A DNA stretch of 64,000 nt from an uncultured Gammaproteobacteria bacterium (GTDB lineage Bacteria > Patescibacteriota > Microgenomatia > Daviesbacterales > UBA10151): positions 5,347-69,346 of the forward strand of contig CAZCNP010000002.1 in NCBI GenBank assembly GCA_964500725.1. The letters run 5' to 3'. The notes beneath the pieces were generated by a model that saw only the letters and a program-made list of their open reading frames with translations, searched no databases and was not told the DNA's origin. Of this stretch, positions 36,557 through 46,349 are shown piece by piece; position 1 is the stretch's first letter, and each line of letters begins with the position of its first letter. A program made the position numbers and the translations under genes.

Positions 36557-37866
36557 TGATGAATTCTAACGAGAAACCTCTAATTGAGTTTAATCCTAAG
36601 TTGCCTAAGCTTTCTAAAAATGAAAGAGAAGTTTTAAAGCTTTTAGTAGAAGCAGCTAAGCAGGTTGCGCCTGTTTATTTAGAGCAAGAAAAAGCAGTTA
36701 AAAAAGAGATAGATGAAGAAAAATTACAAAAAGCAGCCAGAATTGATTCATCAGTTTTATCTCCTTACACCGTTGTTGAAGAAATTGATGGAAAGGTAGT
36801 AGCGACTCCTTATCATATAAAATACGCCGCATTGTTAAAACCTATTTCAGAAAAGTTAGAAGAAGCAGCTCGTATTACTGGTAATAAAGAATTTGGCAAG
36901 GCTTTAAAGCTGCAAGCACAAGCTTTAACTGATGGAAATTATGAGAAAGCAGTTGCTGTGTGGCTTAAGATTAAACCGTATATATTAGACGTTACAATCG
37001 GCCCTCTCCACTACTTTAATCGGCTTATTCCTGGAAAAGCTGTTTATCAAGCTTGGGTGGGGATATTGGATACAGAAGGTACAAAGAGATTAAATAACTA
37101 CAAAACTATAGTTTTTAATGAAAGCAGAAAAGCATTAGTGCCAAACGAGCGAGTAGAGAATTTTAATCATGTTAAAGCAAAAACAATTGATGAGGTAGTA
37201 CTAGCAGGACTGATAGCCAGACACAAATTTGTGGGGTTTAATTTACCAATGGAGATAGATCTAGTGGAAAAATATGGTTCAGAGGTAACAATTTTTAATC
37301 AAAGCAATAATTGGAGAATAAAAGAACAAATCATGCCGACTTTTAATAAAATTTTCTCCCCAGTATTTAGAGAAGGATTTACTCCAGAAGATTTAAGGAG
37401 AGCCAGCTTGCGTTATGTAGCCTTACATGAACTGGCTCATAGCTATTTGTACTACAGAAATTCTGTTAAAAACCTTCAGGATTTGTTTTCTGTAATTTTT
37501 GAGCTTACTGCTACTTTACTGGGATTGAGAATAGCAGGTTCGTTGCTATTGATAGACAGGATTACAAATAAGCAGCTTGAATCAATGATTGTGGCGTTTG
37601 TATGTAGAAGTATTAATCTAATTGAAAATAGCAAACACGATAAATCTATGAGCAAGTATGCCCTAGGAGGTGTACTTTTTATTAACTATATGCTTGAGAG
37701 TGGAGCTATCAAACAAAAAGGAGGATTTGCAATAACCAATTTTACCAAGATTTTTCTTTCTCTGCATGAATTATCCTATATAATGGAGCGGTTGCTTTCT
37801 TCAGGAACCAGGGCAGATGCTGAAACTTTTACTAAAAGGTATGGACAATTAAGTGAAATCTCATAA
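36556..37866 (+). CDS. Hypothetical protein with a zincin-like HExxH motif (ALHELAHSY)
   Basis: 437 aa, Lys/Glu-rich native composition. The ATG overlaps the greA stop (TGATG). No family recognised by eye. Confidence 0.5.
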   Translation: MMNSNEKPLIEFNPKLPKLSKNEREVLKLLVEAAKQVAPVYLEQEKAVKKEIDEEKLQKAARIDSSVLSPYTVVEEIDGKVVATPYHIKYAALLKPISEKLEEAARITGNKEFGKALKLQAQALTDGNYEKAVAVWLKIKPYILDVTIGPLHYFNRLIPGKAVYQAWVGILDTEGTKRLNNYKTIVFNESRKALVPNERVENFNHVKAKTIDEVVLAGLIARHKFVGFNLPMEIDLVEKYGSEVTIFNQSNNWRIKEQIMPTFNKIFSPVFREGFTPEDLRRASLRYVALHELAHSYLYYRNSVKNLQDLFSVIFELTATLLGLRIAGSLLLIDRITNKQLESMIVAFVCRSINLIENSKHDKSMSKYALGGVLFINYMLESGAIKQKGGFAITNFTKIFLSLHELSYIMERLLSSGTRADAETFTKRYGQLSEIS

Positions 37867-37885
37867 AAATTCCTATTTGCCTAGC

Positions 37886-37914
37886 TTGCAAAATTCCCTC
37901 AAAAAAGTTATAAT
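37886..37914 (+). promoter_or_regulatory. Consensus sigma70 promoter (TTGCAA-17-TATAAT) producing a leaderless transcript
   Basis: -35 at 37886..37891 and -10 at 37909..37914. The ATG at 37923 sits at the expected TSS (+8/+9 from the -10), with no SD. Confidence 0.6.
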
Positions 37915-37922
37915 TTGCAATT

Positions 37923-38933
37923 ATGTTAGAAGCTGATCAACCAGAAAATAGGGTGTCTACCCCTCCGCCATCCCCAAGGTTTATAGAGGGGATAGCAAGT
38001 GGAATAACGAGGTTTGTAACTGGAATAAGAAATGGGGGTTATCGAGATGAGCCTTTAACGCTTGACCCACCACGTGTTCCGCAGAGCGTACGATTAGACT
38101 CACGAGAAGACGAATCAGGAGTGATAACTCTTCGGCCAGGGAATGGTGATGCTATAGTTATCTTTAGCGGATCATCTTTTCTGCAAAATTTCGCTTATTT
38201 GAAAAATGCTTCGGCTACTTTCCTTTGCAGAAATGCGGAGTGGGATCCGGATTTTTGTAAGGCATTAATGGATAAGGGTATGGGAGTAGATGAGTTGACT
38301 TGGGGTGCTAGATTAAACAGCGAAACAATAGCCAGAATCGTAACAAATCCAAAAAAAGAAAGAGAAATTCCAAGCGTTTTTCTATTTAGAGATGAAAACG
38401 CTCCAAAAGGAGATTATTTAGGGGTTTCAGTCCAAAGAAAGACTTTTATTAAGACAGATCTAATCGGAGAGGTGTCAGTTCTTGATAATGTATTAAGAGC
38501 GTTTGAGCCGGGATACAGAGGAAAGCATAGAGGAAGATTGGCTGTAGGATTAGCTTTAATCTGTCATGGAGGAGCTATGTTTTTTATACACAAAACAGGA
38601 AACCCGCTAGCAGCTTATACAAATACCCTGTCTGAGTATCTTGTGCAGGAAGATGCGCATCCCTGGGGTAAGCAAGTTATTACAAATCCTCTTATGCAAG
38701 AAGTTCGCGAAAAAAGCGCTAAGTTTATCTTGTTGCCAGGAAGAATAATGCTTCCAAATGGGGTTATCAAAGGAGATTATCCGAAGCCAAATAGAGGATT
38801 TAATGCAGCTGAGTTGCGTGGAGGCGCATTAGATATGTATAAAAGAATGAAGGAACAACAAGGTATGCGTTTAGAAGAAGATGGAGAAGGTAAAGATTAT
38901 GATTCAGTAGCGCCTCTTTATAGAGTTAGATGA
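37923..38933 (+). CDS. Hypothetical protein (336 aa), GC-rich, compositionally foreign
   Basis: Starts MLEADQPENRVSTPPPSPRF... and contains LALICHGGAMFFIHKTGNPL. Local GC is high (high 40s percent) against a low-GC background. No family recognised. Confidence 0.5.
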   Translation: MLEADQPENRVSTPPPSPRFIEGIASGITRFVTGIRNGGYRDEPLTLDPPRVPQSVRLDSREDESGVITLRPGNGDAIVIFSGSSFLQNFAYLKNASATFLCRNAEWDPDFCKALMDKGMGVDELTWGARLNSETIARIVTNPKKEREIPSVFLFRDENAPKGDYLGVSVQRKTFIKTDLIGEVSVLDNVLRAFEPGYRGKHRGRLAVGLALICHGGAMFFIHKTGNPLAAYTNTLSEYLVQEDAHPWGKQVITNPLMQEVREKSAKFILLPGRIMLPNGVIKGDYPKPNRGFNAAELRGGALDMYKRMKEQQGMRLEEDGEGKDYDSVAPLYRVR

Positions 38934-38975
38934 GTTCTTCTTTAAAAAACTTCTAGCTTCAGCTATACTTTAGGC

Positions 38976-40436
38976 ATGGCTTTGGAAAGTCTTCAAAAAG
39001 AGAGAATTAAAAAATTAGAAAACATTAAAAGATTAGGACTAAATCCTTACCCTGCAAAGAGTAATAAAAAACATACTGTTTCAATTGCCAGAAAAATGAT
39101 GGGTAAAAAGGTAATAGTTGCTGGCAGGGTTAGATCCCTTCGTCCTCATGGCAAGATTACCTTTGCAGATTTAGAAGACTCTTCTGGTAAAATCCAGCTT
39201 TTCTTTTCTCAGTCAGAACTGCCTGGTGAAAAGTATGAATTTTTAACTAATATAGATATTGGTGATTTTGTAGAGACTAATGGAGAAATTTTCAAAACTC
39301 AAGCAGGAGAAATTACTATCAGAGTCTCTGATTTTAAGTTACTGACAAAAAGTCTAAGGCCTCTGCCTTCTGCTTGGTATGGATTGGAAGATGTGGAAGA
39401 AAGATACAGGCAAAGATATGTTGATTTAATTATTAACCCTGAAGTAAAAAAAGTTTTCCAAGTTAGATCAGAAGTTATTAAATTTTTAAGAGGCTTCATG
39501 GAAGAAAAAGATTTTGTGGAGGTTGAAACTCCAACTTTGCAACCTATTTATGGAGGAGCAACTGCTAAGCCTTTCACTACCCACCATAATGCCTTAGATT
39601 TAAAACTATACCTTAGGATTTCTGATGAGCTTTATTTAAAAAGATTAATTGTGGCAGGTTTTGAGAAAGTTTTTGAAATCTGTAAAGACTTTAGAAATGA
39701 AGGAATAGACAGGCAACATAATCCAGAATTTACCATGATGGAATTTTACTGGGCTTATGCAGATTATGAAGATTTAATTAAACTTACAACAGAGATGGTT
39801 GCTAAAATAGTAAAAGCAATTCACAGTAAATATACTTTTGAATATGAAGGAATAAGACTTAATTTTAAACCACCTTTTAAAAGAGTAACTTTTAATCAGC
39901 TAGTTAAAGAAAATTCTGGGATTGATCTAGATATTGTAACTACAGAAGAGGAGTTAAAAAAAGTTTTAAAAGAAAAAGAAATCAAATTAGAGCTTAATGG
40001 GGTGGTTGGATATGGGCCATTGGTGGATGAGTTATATAAAGCAGTTGCCAGGCTAAAGATAAAACAGCCTACTTTTGTAGTGGATTATCCAGCAGATATG
40101 CTGCCTCTTGCTAAAGCAAATTGTACTGATAGTAAAAAAGCTGGCAGTTTCCAGTTGATTTGTATGGGATATGAGCTAGTGAAAGCATACAATGAGTTAA
40201 ACGATCCAATAGAGCAGAAAAACAGATGGAAAGAACAAATGGAGTTAGGCAAAAAAGGTTTGGAGGAACACCAAGTTTTAGATGAGGATTATATTAGAGC
40301 TTTAGAGTATGGTATGCCTCCCACAGCAGGATGGGGTATGGGTATTGATAGGTTAGTTTCGCTTTTGACAAATCAACATTCGATAAAAGATGTAATATTA
40401 TTTCCAACTCTCCGCCCAGAAAAGAAGCCAGGATGA
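38976..40436 (+). CDS. lysS: Lysyl-tRNA synthetase (class II)
   Basis: N-terminal OB anticodon-binding domain and class II motifs (FRNEG.., GGAT.., GMGIDRL). 486 aa. Confidence 0.93.
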   Translation: MALESLQKERIKKLENIKRLGLNPYPAKSNKKHTVSIARKMMGKKVIVAGRVRSLRPHGKITFADLEDSSGKIQLFFSQSELPGEKYEFLTNIDIGDFVETNGEIFKTQAGEITIRVSDFKLLTKSLRPLPSAWYGLEDVEERYRQRYVDLIINPEVKKVFQVRSEVIKFLRGFMEEKDFVEVETPTLQPIYGGATAKPFTTHHNALDLKLYLRISDELYLKRLIVAGFEKVFEICKDFRNEGIDRQHNPEFTMMEFYWAYADYEDLIKLTTEMVAKIVKAIHSKYTFEYEGIRLNFKPPFKRVTFNQLVKENSGIDLDIVTTEEELKKVLKEKEIKLELNGVVGYGPLVDELYKAVARLKIKQPTFVVDYPADMLPLAKANCTDSKKAGSFQLICMGYELVKAYNELNDPIEQKNRWKEQMELGKKGLEEHQVLDEDYIRALEYGMPPTAGWGMGIDRLVSLLTNQHSIKDVILFPTLRPEKKPG

Positions 40437-41023
40437 ATATAAAAGATCTTAAAAAAATCTTAAAAGTTTTTCTAACCTTACAATGGGCAAAGGAATTGCC
40501 AAGGCAGGGGTTTATTGCCATGGGTTTTAAACGGAATGAGGCAGACTCAGTTGCAGCCCACAGTTTTTCAACTGGAATACTAGCTTACTTTCTTGCAAAA
40601 CAGCTGCAAAAAGAGGGAGTAAAAATTGATTCTGAAAAGGTATTAAAGATGGGGCTTTTGCATGATGTTGGAGAAACAATTGTGGGGGATGTGGGTACTT
40701 TTGTTAAAGGTATGGCAGGAGGGGTATTTAAAAATATAGAAGAAGAAGGGGTAAAAGCTTTAGTAGAAGGTTTGGACTATGGAGGAGAAGTAATAAGTCT
40801 GGTAGAAGAATACAACAAAAGAGAATCTTTGGAAGCAAGGGTGGTAAAAGCTGCTGATAATTTAGATGCTTTAGCTCAAGCAAAAGGTGTACCTGGAGCC
40901 CAAGATGCGTTAAAATATTTCAAGAAGGTATATCATATAACTAAGTTTGATTGGCACAAGAGGGCAGTTGATTTGATATTATCAGGAGAGGCAGAACCTG
41001 CTCGAGATTGGCAAAAAATTTAA
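40433..41023 (+). CDS. HD-domain phosphohydrolase
   Basis: AAHSFS .. LHDVGE HD metal-binding motif. ATGA overlap with lysS. Confidence 0.6.
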   Translation: MNIKDLKKILKVFLTLQWAKELPRQGFIAMGFKRNEADSVAAHSFSTGILAYFLAKQLQKEGVKIDSEKVLKMGLLHDVGETIVGDVGTFVKGMAGGVFKNIEEEGVKALVEGLDYGGEVISLVEEYNKRESLEARVVKAADNLDALAQAKGVPGAQDALKYFKKVYHITKFDWHKRAVDLILSGEAEPARDWQKI

Positions 41024-41024
41024 T

Positions 41025-42293
41025 ATGCTAGATATTAATTTTATAAAAGAAAATTTAGATAAAGTTAAAAAATCTATAGAAGCCAGAAAGGCCAATATTG
41101 ATTTAGATAAGTTGCTTAAGCTTGATGAAGAAAGAAGAGAACAAATTACTCAAGTTGATGCTCTGCGGGCAAAGAGAAATAAGCAGAGCTTGAAATTTTT
41201 GCAAGACAAAAATTTTGAAGCTGCAAAGAATAGAGATATAGAGGCTGGAAAATTAATAAAAGGGGAGCTTGACGCTAAAGAAAAACATTTAAAAGCAGTA
41301 GAGCAAGAGTGGCAGAATTTGATGCTTGAAGTCCCAAATATTTTACTTGATGAAGTGCCGAGAGGGGGAGCCAGTCAAAATAAAATAATTAGAACAAGTG
41401 GGGAGGCTCCTAAATTTTCTTTTAAACCCAAAGATCATATAGAGCTGGGAAAAAATTTAGACATTATTGATTTTGATAGAGGGGTAAAAGTTGGGGGATT
41501 TAGAGGGTATTATTTAAAAAATGAGGGGGCTAAGCTGCACTGGGCAGTTTTGCAATTTGCTTTAGATCATTTAACCCAAAAGGGTTTTCAGGCAGTAGTT
41601 CCTCCAGTTATAAACAGAAGGTTTGCCCTTATTGGTGGGGGGCAATTCCCATGGGGGGAGGAAGATACTTACCAAGTTGGTGATGAGGATTTTTTGGTTG
41701 GAACTGCAGAAATACCCCTAATGGCCATGCATGCTGATGAAGTATTTGATTTAAAAGATTTACCAAAAAAATATGTGGGAATGTCAGCATGTTTTAGGAC
41801 GGAAATAGGCTCTTATGGTAAAGATACTAAAGGGCTTTATAGAGTGCATGAATTTTATAAAGTAGAACAGGTAGTATTGTGTGAGGCTGACGAGCAACAG
41901 TCCTTAGGGTTTTTTGAAGAGTTGCAAGATAACAGTGAGGAGATCTTGCAAGAGTTGGATCTTCCTTACCAGGTAGTGGTTTTATCCTCAGAAGATATGG
42001 GTAAAAAAGCTGCCCTAACTTATGATATAGAAACTTGGATGAGTGGAAGAGAAAATTATGGTGAGACTCATTCAAATTCTATTGTTTTGGATTTTCAAAC
42101 TAGAAGGCTTAAGATTAAATACCGGGAAAAAGATGGGACTATTAAATACTGTCATGCTTTAAATAATACAGCCATTGCTTCACCTCGAATTCTGATTGCG
42201 TTGTTGGAAAACTTTCAGCAAGAGAATGGTTCTGTTAAAATTCCTGAGGTTTTACAAAAGTATACTGGTTTTTCTGAAATCAAACCTAAATAA
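41025..42293 (+). CDS. serS: Seryl-tRNA synthetase
   Basis: N-terminal coiled-coil arm and class II motifs (FRTE.., GETHSNS). 422 aa. Confidence 0.92.
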   Translation: MLDINFIKENLDKVKKSIEARKANIDLDKLLKLDEERREQITQVDALRAKRNKQSLKFLQDKNFEAAKNRDIEAGKLIKGELDAKEKHLKAVEQEWQNLMLEVPNILLDEVPRGGASQNKIIRTSGEAPKFSFKPKDHIELGKNLDIIDFDRGVKVGGFRGYYLKNEGAKLHWAVLQFALDHLTQKGFQAVVPPVINRRFALIGGGQFPWGEEDTYQVGDEDFLVGTAEIPLMAMHADEVFDLKDLPKKYVGMSACFRTEIGSYGKDTKGLYRVHEFYKVEQVVLCEADEQQSLGFFEELQDNSEEILQELDLPYQVVVLSSEDMGKKAALTYDIETWMSGRENYGETHSNSIVLDFQTRRLKIKYREKDGTIKYCHALNNTAIASPRILIALLENFQQENGSVKIPEVLQKYTGFSEIKPK

Positions 42294-42314
42294 TTTATGG
42301 CTACGGTTGTCTTT

Positions 42315-43529
42315 TTACGGTTGTCCTTGACGAAGTAAATCTGCAGCAGATGTTGCTGCAGGTGATGCATTAGTGTTGCCTTCTAATTCTCCAAAATTTG
42401 CAGATCCTTCAGTTGGTTGCCCTGTAGATTCAGAAGATGGTGTGCCAGCCGTAGCTGCTTGAGTAGGAGCAGGTGTAGTTTCGTTAGGTTGGTTTGTTTG
42501 TGAAACAGTGGTTGCAGGTAGACTGGTTTGAGCAGAAGGTTGACCAATACCCAAAATAAAGTAAGCAGAAGCCCCGAGCACTAAAAGCAAAAGTCCTGCC
42601 CCAGCTCCAATAAGCCATTTTGGTATGCCTTTATGAGCTTCGGTAGGTAAATTAGGTATTTCTGGAACTGCAGGTGCCGCAGGAACTACTAGGGTATCAG
42701 GAGTAGGTTGACTGGTTTGTTGGGTATCGTTAGAAATTAGATGAGACAGGTCTGTCGGCGCGTGCTCTGTAGTTGTTGGAGGGATGTTGGGAGTTGTTGC
42801 GGAAGAATCTGCAACAGGGGGGGTAGTAGGAGGCGTGCTCATCGCCCAGCTAGGCTGAATGGGAGGATTAGAATCGCTATTTGTTGATGGTGCTTGAGTT
42901 GGTGTGCTCCAAGGATTATCTAGAGGCGAGCTGGTTGGTGTGGTGGAGGCATTAGCGGTATACGGCATATTAGTATCTGGTAGGTTCAGAGAAGACGAGA
43001 CAGCAGAGGGGGTTTCAACAGGAGGTGTAAATGCAGATGTAGTTTGTGGCTGTGGTTCGGTTGCCCAAGGGGTTGGGTTTTGAAGAGGTGCTCCAAAGTT
43101 AGGCTGATTGTTGGAGATATCAACGGTTGTATTTGGTACAGATGAGGGGACTGGTTGATTATCTGTTGGGGTGGGTTGTGTTGGCCAAGCTGAAGCATCA
43201 GATGGCCATGTAGAAGTATTATCAGTTGTTGCAGGTTGAGGTGCTGATTGAATGGGCGGTGTCCAAGAGATAGGTTGAGGAGTTGATGAGGACTGGACAG
43301 ATGGAGGCCAGTTTGAGTCTGCTTGAGTGCTAGGTTGAGGCGCGCTCCAATCATTAGACTGAGGAGCAGGCGAAGAGATAGGCCAACTTGGTATTGGTGC
43401 TTGACCTGTAGTATCAACTGATGCTGGTGTGGAACTGCTTAAGTCTGGTAAAGGTTGGGTAGGGGCTCCAAAAGGCGGGTTGGATCCGGGGGGATTACCA
43501 GGCAAATTAGAATTGTTATTGTTATCCAT
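42315..43529 (-). CDS. Pro/Ser/Thr/Gln-rich low-complexity protein with a single TM helix (hypothetical envelope protein)
   Basis: 404 aa, almost entirely PSTQ-rich, with one hydrophobic helix (KWLIGAGAGLLLLVLGASAYFILGIG). Confidence 0.5.
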   Translation of the reverse strand: MDNNNNSNLPGNPPGSNPPFGAPTQPLPDLSSSTPASVDTTGQAPIPSWPISSPAPQSNDWSAPQPSTQADSNWPPSVQSSSTPQPISWTPPIQSAPQPATTDNTSTWPSDASAWPTQPTPTDNQPVPSSVPNTTVDISNNQPNFGAPLQNPTPWATEPQPQTTSAFTPPVETPSAVSSSLNLPDTNMPYTANASTTPTSSPLDNPWSTPTQAPSTNSDSNPPIQPSWAMSTPPTTPPVADSSATTPNIPPTTTEHAPTDLSHLISNDTQQTSQPTPDTLVVPAAPAVPEIPNLPTEAHKGIPKWLIGAGAGLLLLVLGASAYFILGIGQPSAQTSLPATTVSQTNQPNETTPAPTQAATAGTPSSESTGQPTEGSANFGELEGNTNASPAATSAADLLRQGQP

Positions 43530-43630
43530 AGGCAGAATATTTAGATGTTTTTAGTTTATTAAAGCAAGGATAAATTGTCAATGATTAATAAGGCAAAAAA
43601 CGTAATAATGGGCTATAATATACCAGCGAT

Positions 43631-46342
43631 ATGTTAGATTTCTTTGGAAAATTACTGGATTCAAATGAGCGAGAAATAAAAAAATTTAAGCCTATTGTTG
43701 AGGCAATTGGTAATTTTGAGAAAAAAATCTCCAAGCTTACAGATAAACAGCTTAAAGGTAAATTTGCCCAGTTTAAGTTGGAGCATGAAAGAGGAAAGAG
43801 CTTAGATGAGTTACTGCCAGAGGTTTTTGCCTGTGTTCGTGAGTCTGCAAAAAGGAATATCAAACAGCGCCACTTTGATGTGCAAATGATGGCAGCTATT
43901 ACTTTGCACCAAGGCAGAATTGCTGAACAAAAAACCGGAGAAGGCAAAACTTTATCAGCTACACCGGCATTGTGTTTAAACGCCATTGCAGGGAAGGGCG
44001 TTCATCTCGTTACTGTTAACGATTATCTGGCTAGACGTGATTGCGGATGGATGGGACCTGTTTTTCATGCTTTAGGTGTAAGTTGTGCCACTATTGTTCA
44101 TGATGCAGCTTTTATTTATGATCCAAAATTTAAAGATGCCTCACATGATGATAAACGCTTACAACATCTCCGTCCTGTCAGCAGAAAAGAAGCTTATCAG
44201 GCAGATATTACATATGGAACAAATAATGAATTTGGTTTTGATTATTTGCGGGATAATATGGTATTTAGGTTGGCAGATCAGTCCCAACGGGGACATTTTT
44301 TTGCGGTAGTTGATGAGGTAGATTCTATCCTGGTTGATGAGGCAAGAACACCTTTAATTATTTCCCAGCCAGCTCAAGAAGCAACTTCTAAATATTACGA
44401 ATTTGCTAAAATTATAGATTCATTATCTCCTTCAGATTATGTAATTGATGAAAAACAAAGAACAGCACATTTGACTGAGCATGGCACATTAAAGATTGAA
44501 AAATTGCTTGGAGTAGATAACCTTTACGAGAAGGATTTTTCTACACTTCATCATCTGGAGGAATCTTTAAAAGCCAAGACTTTATTTCAAAAAGATAAAG
44601 ATTATGTCGTAAAAGATGGAGAGGTAATTATTGTTGATGAGTTTACTGGTAGATTGATGATGGGGAGAAGATATTCAGAAGGACTGCATCAAGCAATCGA
44701 GGCCAAAGAAGGTGTGCCAATCCAGCAAGAATCACAAACCCTAGCAACCATCTCTTTTCAAAACTACTTTAGGATGTATCAAAAATTGGCAGGGATGACT
44801 GGAACTGCAGCAACTGAGGCAGAAGAGTTTAACAAAATTTATAAACTGGAAGTTATAGTAATCCCTACTAATAATCCAATGGTAAGGATTGATCACCCAG
44901 ATACAATTTATAAAACCCAAAGCGCCAAATATAGCGCAGTTGCCAATTTAGTAGAAGAGCTTTATAAAAAAGGTCAACCAGTATTGGTTGGAACAACCTC
45001 CATTGATAAAAATGAATTCCTTTCAGAGCTTTTAAAAAGAAAAGGAATCTCTCATGCCCTTTTGAATGCTAAAAATCATGAAAAAGAAGCAGAGATTATT
45101 TCCTATGCAGGGGAAAAAGGGGCAGTCACTGTAGCCACCAATATGGCAGGCCGAGGAGTGGATATTACCTTGGGTAAAGGAGCTGAGCAGCAGGGAGGAT
45201 TGTATGTAATAGGAACTGACAGACATGAATCAAGAAGAATTGACAATCAACTTAGGGGTAGGTCTGGTCGACAAGGTGATCCAGGAGAAACCAGATTTTT
45301 TGTATCTTTGGAAGATGATTTGATGAGAATTTTTGGCGGAGAACAGGTGTCTAAGGTGATGAACTTTTTGAAGATGCCAGAAGATACTCCTATTGAGCAT
45401 GGTTTAATTTCTAAAGCTATTGAAGGAGCTCAAAAGAAAGTTGAAGGACACAACTTTGATATTAGAAAACACACTGTTGAATATGATGACGTAATGAATC
45501 AGCAAAGGCAAATTATATATGAGGTGAGAAAAAAAGTTTTAGAGAGAAGTTCTAGTGGAACCTCGAAAGCGGAAAGTAAAGGTGCCACTTTAAAAGAGGA
45601 GATTTTGGAAAAAATAGAGAGAGAGTTGAGCAGTATTGTCACAATTTATACTGAAGAGGGTATAAATGCAGAAAAGATTGTGGAAGAGTTTTCTACAATT
45701 GTGCCAATTGATGAGGGTAGCCGAAAAGAAATAGAAAAAAAGATTGCCGGTTTTACTAACACAGAAGAGATAGTTAGGTTTTTAGTTGATTTGTCAGTAA
45801 ATTTCTATGAGCAGAGAGAAAAACAGGTAGGAGAAGAGATAGCAAGACAGATGGAGGTTTTTGTTTATCTTAACACAATTGATACCTTATGGATTGAGCA
45901 TTTGGATACAATGGATGATTTGCGTTCTGGTATTGGGTTGCGAGGGTATGCCCAAAGAGATCCTTTGATTGAATACAAAAGAGAAGGCTTTGATTTATTT
46001 GAAAAGCTGATGGTGGAAATAGATTATGAAATAGCGCACAGGATTTATAAAGTAGCAGTGCAAGGCCAGACTCAAGTTCCCCAACCACAACCAGTAGTAG
46101 TTGAAGAAAGGCATCCTGAGATAGAAGTAGGGGTAGAGCAGGAAGCTCAAGAGCTAGGAGCTAAAGTACAAATAGAAAGGCCTAGTCAAACTAAAGTAAC
46201 TATTGAAAGAGATGGAATAGTTACCCAGCAGGTCTATGGAGAAAAAGGAGAATTAAATAAAGTACATGGAAAGATTGGTAGAAATGATCCTTGCTGGTGT
46301 GGAAGCGGTAGAAAATACAAGCGTTGCCATTATCCGAACTAA
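43631..46342 (+). CDS. secA: Preprotein translocase ATPase SecA
   Basis: DEAD-like motor motifs (GEGKTL, DEVDSILVDEARTPLIIS, TNMAGRGVDI) and a C-terminal zinc finger (CWCGSGRKYKRCH). Confidence 0.95.
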   Translation: MLDFFGKLLDSNEREIKKFKPIVEAIGNFEKKISKLTDKQLKGKFAQFKLEHERGKSLDELLPEVFACVRESAKRNIKQRHFDVQMMAAITLHQGRIAEQKTGEGKTLSATPALCLNAIAGKGVHLVTVNDYLARRDCGWMGPVFHALGVSCATIVHDAAFIYDPKFKDASHDDKRLQHLRPVSRKEAYQADITYGTNNEFGFDYLRDNMVFRLADQSQRGHFFAVVDEVDSILVDEARTPLIISQPAQEATSKYYEFAKIIDSLSPSDYVIDEKQRTAHLTEHGTLKIEKLLGVDNLYEKDFSTLHHLEESLKAKTLFQKDKDYVVKDGEVIIVDEFTGRLMMGRRYSEGLHQAIEAKEGVPIQQESQTLATISFQNYFRMYQKLAGMTGTAATEAEEFNKIYKLEVIVIPTNNPMVRIDHPDTIYKTQSAKYSAVANLVEELYKKGQPVLVGTTSIDKNEFLSELLKRKGISHALLNAKNHEKEAEIISYAGEKGAVTVATNMAGRGVDITLGKGAEQQGGLYVIGTDRHESRRIDNQLRGRSGRQGDPGETRFFVSLEDDLMRIFGGEQVSKVMNFLKMPEDTPIEHGLISKAIEGAQKKVEGHNFDIRKHTVEYDDVMNQQRQIIYEVRKKVLERSSSGTSKAESKGATLKEEILEKIERELSSIVTIYTEEGINAEKIVEEFSTIVPIDEGSRKEIEKKIAGFTNTEEIVRFLVDLSVNFYEQREKQVGEEIARQMEVFVYLNTIDTLWIEHLDTMDDLRSGIGLRGYAQRDPLIEYKREGFDLFEKLMVEIDYEIAHRIYKVAVQGQTQVPQPQPVVVEERHPEIEVGVEQEAQELGAKVQIERPSQTKVTIERDGIVTQQVYGEKGELNKVHGKIGRNDPCWCGSGRKYKRCHYPN

Positions 46343-46349
46343 ATCCTAA

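Noticed and set aside
42986-43417. 143-aa ORF (Leu/His/Gln-rich) overlapping the PSTQ-rich gene
   Set aside because: Alternative frame of a low-complexity coding region.
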